A DNA stretch of 13,552 bases from Myxococcota bacterium (lineage in GTDB: Bacteria > Myxococcota > XYA12-FULL-58-9 > JABJBS01), in the NCBI GenBank assembly GCA_036339465.1, contig JAYZAY010000029.1, positions 1 to 13,552 on the forward strand, in the 5' to 3' direction. The notes beneath the pieces were generated by a model, which worked only from the letters and a program-made list of their open reading frames with translations, was not told the DNA's origin and searched no databases. How positions within the stretch are numbered: the first letter of the stretch is position 1; every line of letters starts with the position of its first letter. Positions 7,579 through 13,552 of the stretch are shown in pieces. The position numbers and the translations under genes were made by a program.

Positions 7579-8497
7579 TGAAACCACCTCTAATTATCTT
7601 AATCATCTCATATCATTGCCGTGTTTGTAAGAAAACGCACGTTGAATACCGATATGTTGAACCTATATCCTTATATGATTCACCATTTAATCAGTTTTAC
7701 TAGAAATAATGGTAGGCAATTTGGAGGGCGCCACTGTTAAGCATCCACAAAGGAGATCCAGCGGCTGTCGTGTGCTACAACCAAATCTAGGATATAAAAA
7801 ACAATCCTTTCTCTTAAAAACCACTTGGATTATTCCTTTTTTAGAACCACGGCCACAGGATCGCTATCTCTTATCATCGTTGTTGCGCCCACTCCATAGA
7901 CTCCACTTAATACTCATCCATGCAGTACAAGACGCGTGTGCCGGTCTAAGCGAGCGAGACATTCTTAAAAGAGGGAAAAAGAATACCATCTATGTGAATC
8001 ACGATGCCCCGAATTCTCCCGAAAGGCCGCTCTTCTCCGACGGATTAAAAACTCCAAGACTTAAGTCGAACAACCAGCTCCTCTTTATCGAGCTCAAGGC
8101 GGAGACCCATCTCGACCATTCGCCTATGAGGTCTTAACCTTGGTGCGTAATCATAACTATATCGTTCGATCAAAACCCACCATCTTTGATGGCAATTCAG
8201 AGAAAGACATAGACCAAATCACCTCAAGCCCAGAGCTAAAAAAATCCAAGATAACCGACTCACAATGGTTTTCAATCCCATGAAAAGAGGCGTCGGATAA
8301 GGCCGCTTCCTGCCCCTCAAACCCTTCTCTAAATGTGAGTCGTGAATTTAGCGACATTAAAATAATGGGGTACGGACACACCAACGATTTGTCGTGGTTA
8401 AAGTCATCATTTGAGCTTGCGAGAAACCAGCAGGCACATTAGGTTGTGGCCCCGGATGTGGCCTGGTTGGCCCATCCGAGCAAACTTGAGGCATTTC

Positions 8498-9865
8498 ATG
8501 GAATTGAATTCGAATCTATTTCCCGCCGGCGTCACTTATGCCGAGTTCCGTAAACACCGTATCACCAGCAGTACAATGACCATGCTTGACGGTAACCTCG
8601 TAGCCAATGACACCACGCGAAGCCAGGGTCTCAATTGTCGTGTGTTTCGCGATGGAGTCTGGGGTTGTGCTGCCAGCCCAACCCTCACCTCCAACAATGC
8701 CGAACGATTGGGCAAGATCGCAAAGGACAATGTGATAAGCTTGGCCGGATTCGGCAAAACCAAGAGGGTCGCAGATGTACATTCTCACGTGGAGACCCAC
8801 CTTCCGCGTAAGGCGCCCTGGTCCACTGGCCAAAAAATGGATTTTCTTGAAACACTCCACGCCATCTCCGAAAAGAAGTATCCCAAGTTGGTTTCGTCGA
8901 CATTTGTCCTCATGGAAGAACTCCACGAAAAGGAAGTCGTCACCACCACAGGCTCTAGAACCAGCGCCGACATGGCCCGCGGCACGATCTATCTGGTGCA
9001 GACCGTACTCAACGCCAATGGCGAACCCATCCGATTGGCTGATCCCATAAGCGGACGAGGTTCGATCAGCGATGTGAGCCTTACGAGGGCCGAACTAGAA
9101 AAGCGCCTCGACCTTCTCTACAAGCGTGTTCTAGACAAGACCGAAGCGGTCCCAGCGCACGCCGGCCTGGTGGACTGTATTTTGGGCCCCGACGTCACAG
9201 GGATCCTGGCCCATGAAGCCATGGGGCATCCCTGCGAAGCCGACTTGGTCGAAGGAGGCGCGGTAACAGCGGGTTTGGTTGGCCAACAAGTCGCCAGCGA
9301 AATGATTACCATGGTCGACTTTGCCCACAGCTACAATGGCAAAACCCTACCCGTACCCGTTTTTGTGGATGACGAAGGCGTGGAGGCCAAAGACGTAACA
9401 ATGGTAGACAAAGGAATCCTCAAAGGTTTCTTGCACAACCGCGAAACAGCCGAAACCATGGGCCAAGCTCCCACGGGCAACGCCCGGAGCTACATGTTTG
9501 AAGACGAACCGCTCATCCGCATGCGCAACACCCTTATTTTGCCCGGAGAGGCCAAACTCGAGGACATGATCGCTGATGTGGAAGATGGATATCTACTCCT
9601 GAAGACGTCCAATGGCCAAGCCGATACCACCACCGAATTCATGTTTGGAATTTCATTGGGTTACGAAATCAAAAACGGAAAATTAGGTTCGGCCATCAAA
9701 GATACCACCGTTTCGGGCACCGCCATTGAAATGCTCAAAACGGTCACGGCTGTTTCTGATGATTTATCCGTGGAGGCCAGTGGTTACTGCGGTAAGAAAC
9801 AACGGATGGTCGTTTCCATGGGCGGTCCCGCCCTACGCTCTAAAATCAACATAGGAGGGGCCTGA
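8498..9865 (+). CDS. tldD: TldD metalloprotease (catalytic subunit), 455 aa
   Basis: HExxGH motif (AHEAMGHPCEAD), DDEG, PTGNAR, RMRNT and C-terminal CGK..Q...VSMGGP. I set the start at ATG 8498 behind GAGG. Confidence 0.95.
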   Translation: MELNSNLFPAGVTYAEFRKHRITSSTMTMLDGNLVANDTTRSQGLNCRVFRDGVWGCAASPTLTSNNAERLGKIAKDNVISLAGFGKTKRVADVHSHVETHLPRKAPWSTGQKMDFLETLHAISEKKYPKLVSSTFVLMEELHEKEVVTTTGSRTSADMARGTIYLVQTVLNANGEPIRLADPISGRGSISDVSLTRAELEKRLDLLYKRVLDKTEAVPAHAGLVDCILGPDVTGILAHEAMGHPCEADLVEGGAVTAGLVGQQVASEMITMVDFAHSYNGKTLPVPVFVDDEGVEAKDVTMVDKGILKGFLHNRETAETMGQAPTGNARSYMFEDEPLIRMRNTLILPGEAKLEDMIADVEDGYLLLKTSNGQADTTTEFMFGISLGYEIKNGKLGSAIKDTTVSGTAIEMLKTVTAVSDDLSVEASGYCGKKQRMVVSMGGPALRSKINIGGA

Positions 9866-9866
9866 G

Positions 9867-11144
9867 ATGAATGCCGACCTTCAAGCACATGCTGAAACCG
9901 CCATCAGGACCATGAAAGCTGCTGGATTTGACCACGCTCAAGCGGTGGCAAAGACCGCCGATTTCGATGAACTGAATGTCACCAACAACGATGTGAATTT
10001 GTTTCGAACCGTCAATAAGCCGTCGCTGGATCTCAAAGGAATCGTTGACGGGCGAAAAGCAACCCAGACCATTCCCCTTCCGGAACCTGACGTGCTCGAG
10101 GAAATCGTTTCTTCCCTTTTTACTACCGCTCGGCAAGCTCCTGAAGATCCCGCCAATGCGATTTCAACGAACCAAGTCCACGACTACGTTGATGGACCAC
10201 TCACCGCAGACAAATCAGCCATGGTTCAAAGGCTCCGCGAGTTGTTCGACTACCGCGTGAAGCATACAAAAACCGCGCAAATCACCGAAGGCATCCTATC
10301 CCATCAACGAAATCAATATGTCTTGGCCAATAGCAGTGGCAGCATCCTGCGCGCCGATCTTGGTTGTTATGAGAGCTTCTTTATGGCCGTGGGGCAAAAG
10401 GATGGTAAATCTAGCTCCATGGGTTACTCAATGGGGACCTCTCGTGATTTGGAGCACCCTTTTAGTGAGCGATTCGGCACGGACACTCTCTTGGAACACG
10501 CCCAACAGCAGATAGAGACCACGCGTATTCGAGAGTCGTTTAATGGCAGTATTTTACTAAGTCCGATGACTGTTATGGATCTGGTGGCCTATCTCCAAGA
10601 CCAAGTGGGCGACGGGGCCCTACTCACCAATTCCTCTATGTACAAAGATAAAGTCGGTGAAGTCATTGCGGCCAAGGATTTGAGTATATTTCACACTGCC
10701 ACAGCCCCCGGTTCTGCCCCCCACAGTACAGACGGTTATGTGGTCGAAGATTTTCCACTGGTTGAGGAGGGTCGACTAGAGACCCTACTACCCACAAACT
10801 ATGCCAGCCGGAAATGTGACCTCAGCCACAAACCCAATGGAGGCACTTTTTCAGTTCGCCCCGGAGGCCAAAATAGGGACCACCTACTTTCTGAAATTCA
10901 GCGGGGTGCATTGGTAGGGAGATTGTCCATGGGGCGACCCGCGGTCAATGGCGATTTTTCAGGCGTCATCAAAAACAGCTTCACCATCGCAGAAGGAAAA
11001 ATTGGCCCGGCCCTTTCCGAAACGATGATCAGCGGCAACGTCGCTCAAATGCTGAAAGACATCGACGGAATTAGCCTCGAAACCATCAATTTTGGTGGCT
11101 CGGTACTACCTTGGATCCGAATTCCTCATTTGGTCTTTTCATAA
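9867..11144 (+). CDS. tldE: TldE/PmbA (non-catalytic partner subunit), 425 aa
   Basis: Starts 1 nt after tldD, with an AGGAGG RBS inside the tldD end. Carries NGDFSG and ETMISGN motifs and lacks HExxGH. Confidence 0.92.
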   Translation: MNADLQAHAETAIRTMKAAGFDHAQAVAKTADFDELNVTNNDVNLFRTVNKPSLDLKGIVDGRKATQTIPLPEPDVLEEIVSSLFTTARQAPEDPANAISTNQVHDYVDGPLTADKSAMVQRLRELFDYRVKHTKTAQITEGILSHQRNQYVLANSSGSILRADLGCYESFFMAVGQKDGKSSSMGYSMGTSRDLEHPFSERFGTDTLLEHAQQQIETTRIRESFNGSILLSPMTVMDLVAYLQDQVGDGALLTNSSMYKDKVGEVIAAKDLSIFHTATAPGSAPHSTDGYVVEDFPLVEEGRLETLLPTNYASRKCDLSHKPNGGTFSVRPGGQNRDHLLSEIQRGALVGRLSMGRPAVNGDFSGVIKNSFTIAEGKIGPALSETMISGNVAQMLKDIDGISLETINFGGSVLPWIRIPHLVFS

Positions 11145-11890
11145 AAACCAAATACCGACTCCCCAAAAGACACTCATTGGACATTTACCTACCCCAGGGC
11201 TTTGCTTCTAAAATTCTAAGGTTCGCTAGATATTGCTTTAAATTATCGTCGGGGTGTCACGTGACAGGTATCGGCTCCAAAGCTTTGGGGGGAGCCACGA
11301 AGAAGGCACTTTCTCTCCCTTCCGCCAAGCCCTAAGGGGTGAACCACTGTTCCGGAACGTATTCAGCCACTACTCCCATCCTGATACTTACCACAGGTTC
11401 TTATCATCCATACACGGAATTGCGTGACCAGGCCATCCACCCCTTTACCAACATGGTGTCCCGTAACATCGGCCCAAAACTCGCTGATCCATTGCACCCA
11501 CCCAATGTGCGGTCCAATAAATAGCGAACAGAGGCTTTGTTATTTTGGCCTCACCGCAAAAGTAAGCGGTTCCGAATTCCATTTACATGATGGCCGATCT
11601 CCTACGCGGCGGCCGGGATTTTGTGCCATGGCAGAGAGATTGAAGCGTCGAAAGATGCATTCAGGCTCATACCCAAAGAAGACCGTGAGGATCTCCTAAC
11701 AGCCCTAAGGTCACTCTCGTACCTCCTTTCACACGACAAAGAAGAAGAAACCCGGTGGGCGTTACGATGGCTTCGTGAATAAGCAGCACCCATACATACT
11801 TCATCGGATCGCTCATTTTTGGGATCCCGCCGAATCGAAATCGGCTGGTCTAACCCTCATCCACCCACTTCGCGAACCACTTTGTGGATA

Positions 11891-12358
11891 TCACACGCCT
11901 CTCGTGCTCTTCCGAAGCCGACTCAAAATACCGAGAGCTTCACTCAACTCTGACTCTTTGATAGCCTTCATCGAGATCAAGATTTGCCCCAAAAGCCGCC
12001 AGGTACCCTCGGCCCGCTCCTTGGCTTGTAATTCGAGCGCATTGTGAATGTCTTCTACCTGAACATAACCGACCTCAACCAACACGCGGCCCAAGACATT
12101 TAGCCCCTCAGTCGCTTCTTTTTGGGTGGCCTTTGAGCTCCCAAGCTCTGCCAAAATTTAATACACTTGCACCACACCCAGTCGCGCCTCCATAAGGAGA
12201 ATCTCCCAGATTTGAGGCGTGCGGCCATCAGCCTGGCGCGTCCTCACCTGGGTCTTGACGGCCTCATGGACATCCTCTTGGGTGATACTTCCACGCTCAA
12301 CTGCCGCCTCTGTAAACCATCGTTCCAGCTTGGTGTAGATCGACCTTGATAATACCAT
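11891..12358 (-). pseudogene. Tandem MshEN/GspE-N-like domain protein (155 codons) interrupted by an in-frame TAA at 12158-12160
   Basis: Track ORFs 12158..12385 and 11891..12154 are in the same frame (…GVVQVY*ILAELGSS…). A strong GAGGAGG RBS precedes ATG 12358. Motifs: FTEAAVERGSITQEDVHEAVKTQ, IWEILLMEARLGVVQV, LGRVLVEVGYVQVEDIHNALELQ, RLLGQILISMKAIKESELSEAL. Confidence 0.75.
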
Positions 12359-12734
12359 AAAGTGGGCCTCCTCTGCATCCCCCACACACTACGGGGACCT
12401 GATCTCAATTTTAGCAAATCCTAGACAGGTCGTAATCTCAAAACCTCTACCTTGGCCTTTGGTACCACCCGGTAGAATTGCACTCCGCCAACTTGACTGT
12501 GGATATATTATGAAGACTAAACGCCAATTTAGTCCCACGCAAGCTGTGGCCCTCATTGACGGTTCCCTGGGCTCGAAAAAAATCAACCAATCAGCCTCCG
12601 AATCCAACACAAGCACCACGAAAAGAGAATTAAACCGACCTCGATTTACTTTATGGCTACAGTTTAATGGGCCTCTCTTTGACCGGCCGGACGGGTGGTT
12701 TTGGAGCAATAGATAGCCGTGACTCTGCCCTGCC

Positions 12735-12925
12735 CGAGAGGGCCTTGAATGATTCCACTCTCATGATTCGATGGTTACCATAAGCAATGATTCATCACTG
12801 CTTAACAATCGCCGTTTGGTGCAAAGCTGGGCTATCTGCATTGATGTGGACGAAGGTAACCTTAGAATCCTCCGGTTTGTCGTTGAGAAAATCACCAATG
12901 CATTTTTTCCAGCCCAACCAACCCT
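12735..12925 (-). pseudogene. Probable degraded PDZ-domain relic
   Basis: Minus-frame translation GWLGWKKCIGDFLNDKPEDSKVTFVHINADSPALHQTAIVKQ**IIAYGNHRIMRVESFKAL follows the HtrA-type PDZ pattern GWLG…V..V..DSPA…GD.I…I, with two tandem TGA stops where GD is expected. Confidence 0.4.
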
Positions 12926-13373
12926 CAGCGCCATAATCGTCGATTACCTGTCGATTTCCTAGAGGCCACCTGGTCTCATTCGAGGAGGGTAAAAGGCATG
13001 CCAAAGTATTAAAAGTCCTAGAACTCCCCATGGAGGTAGAGCAGAGAGAATCGATCGCCGCCCACAAGATGTGGCCGTGTCTTGAAGAAGCTTTGCAGAT
13101 TAGAGTAAAACAAGGGTGCCTTATGCACTTAAAGGTTCTTCTCCTTATGGCTCTCCATTGCACCTTCCAAGGCGTTGCGCTCCTTCTTGAGACGTCTCTC
13201 TTCCGTATTGGGGACCTTCTCTTTGATGGCAGGCATAGATTTCCCAGAGGTATCACACCCCAAACAGCAGTCAGGAGCACGAGGGGGAAGGCCCTAGCCC
13301 AATCTTGAATCACCATCTGGCGCCAAGAGAATCATTTGCTGCTAACTTCGTTAGAATCCCCCACCCTGCTTCC

Positions 13374-13550
13374 CTAGGCAGCACCCTTCTTTTTGGCCCG
13401 CTCCACTTTCTCACGATAATTTTCAAGGGCTTGGGTAATACATTCCTGAATATCAACATCGGTCATGGCACTGTGAATTTTAAACCATCGATGGAGCTCA
13501 GCAGGGCAATTAAAAGTAACCTTCTTTTTGGCTAACTCGGGCACCGCATC
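13374..13550 (-). CDS. 3' part of a ribbon-helix-helix (ParG/CopG-like) DNA-binding protein, probably starting beyond the window edge
   Basis: My translation is DAVPELAKKKVTFNCPAELHRWFKIHSAMTDVDIQECITQALENYREKVERAKKKGAA*. It shows an alternating beta-strand (KVTFNC), a P-x-E-L-H helix and a second helix (IQECITQALENY). It is not in the ORF track. Confidence 0.75.
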   Translation of the reverse strand, partial: DAVPELAKKKVTFNCPAELHRWFKIHSAMTDVDIQECITQALENYREKVERAKKKGAA

Positions 13551-13552
13551 TT

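Noticed and set aside
8288..8310. REP-like word GTCGGATAAGGC
   Set aside because: It is only a half-site, with no complementary arm and no second copy in the window.
8411..8497. N-terminal extension of TldD from TTG 8411
   Set aside because: The extension is not TldD-like, and ATG 8498 has an RBS and gives a typical length.
11891..12358. Stop-codon reassignment explaining the in-frame stops
   Set aside because: TAA, TAG and TGA each end clearly intact genes in this window at the expected positions, so the standard code applies.
1505..13535. Remaining ORF-track entries, e.g. 1780..2217-, 5382..5819-, 7709..8137+, 8516..8926-, 12389..12709-, 12795..13316- as a whole, 13030..13308+ and 13305..13535+
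   Set aside because: They are antisense or alternate-frame shadows of real genes, or lack an RBS and any recognisable motif.

Overview
Bacterial chromosomal window with low coding density: the genes I can support cover about 8.1 kb of 13.55 kb (~60%). The intact genes, in order, are a hemolysin III/PAQR membrane protein, a Rieske non-heme iron oxygenase whose motifs closely match plant/algal choline monooxygenase, a Pro-rich N-terminal plus C-terminal ankyrin protein that looks like an effector, a stand-alone motAB (MotC/MotD-like) stator pair, a short pentapeptide-repeat protein and a tldD-tldE(pmbA) metalloprotease pair. The right end holds a tandem MshEN-like gene split by one in-frame TAA, and the 3' end of a ribbon-helix-helix (ParG/CopG-like) gene that is missing from the ORF track. 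The long spacers contain an octamer tandem repeat, a cluster of strong hairpins (2851-3597) and several apparent gene relics (PDZ-like, HEAT-like, CorC-like). I see no tRNA, rRNA, CRISPR array, integrase or transposase. I cannot support one coherent new multi-gene system. The best leads are the eukaryote-like ankyrin protein with PSAP/YPxL motifs, the plant-type CMO, the atypical orphan stator and the hairpin-rich spacer. All family calls come from recognising motifs by eye; no database search was run.
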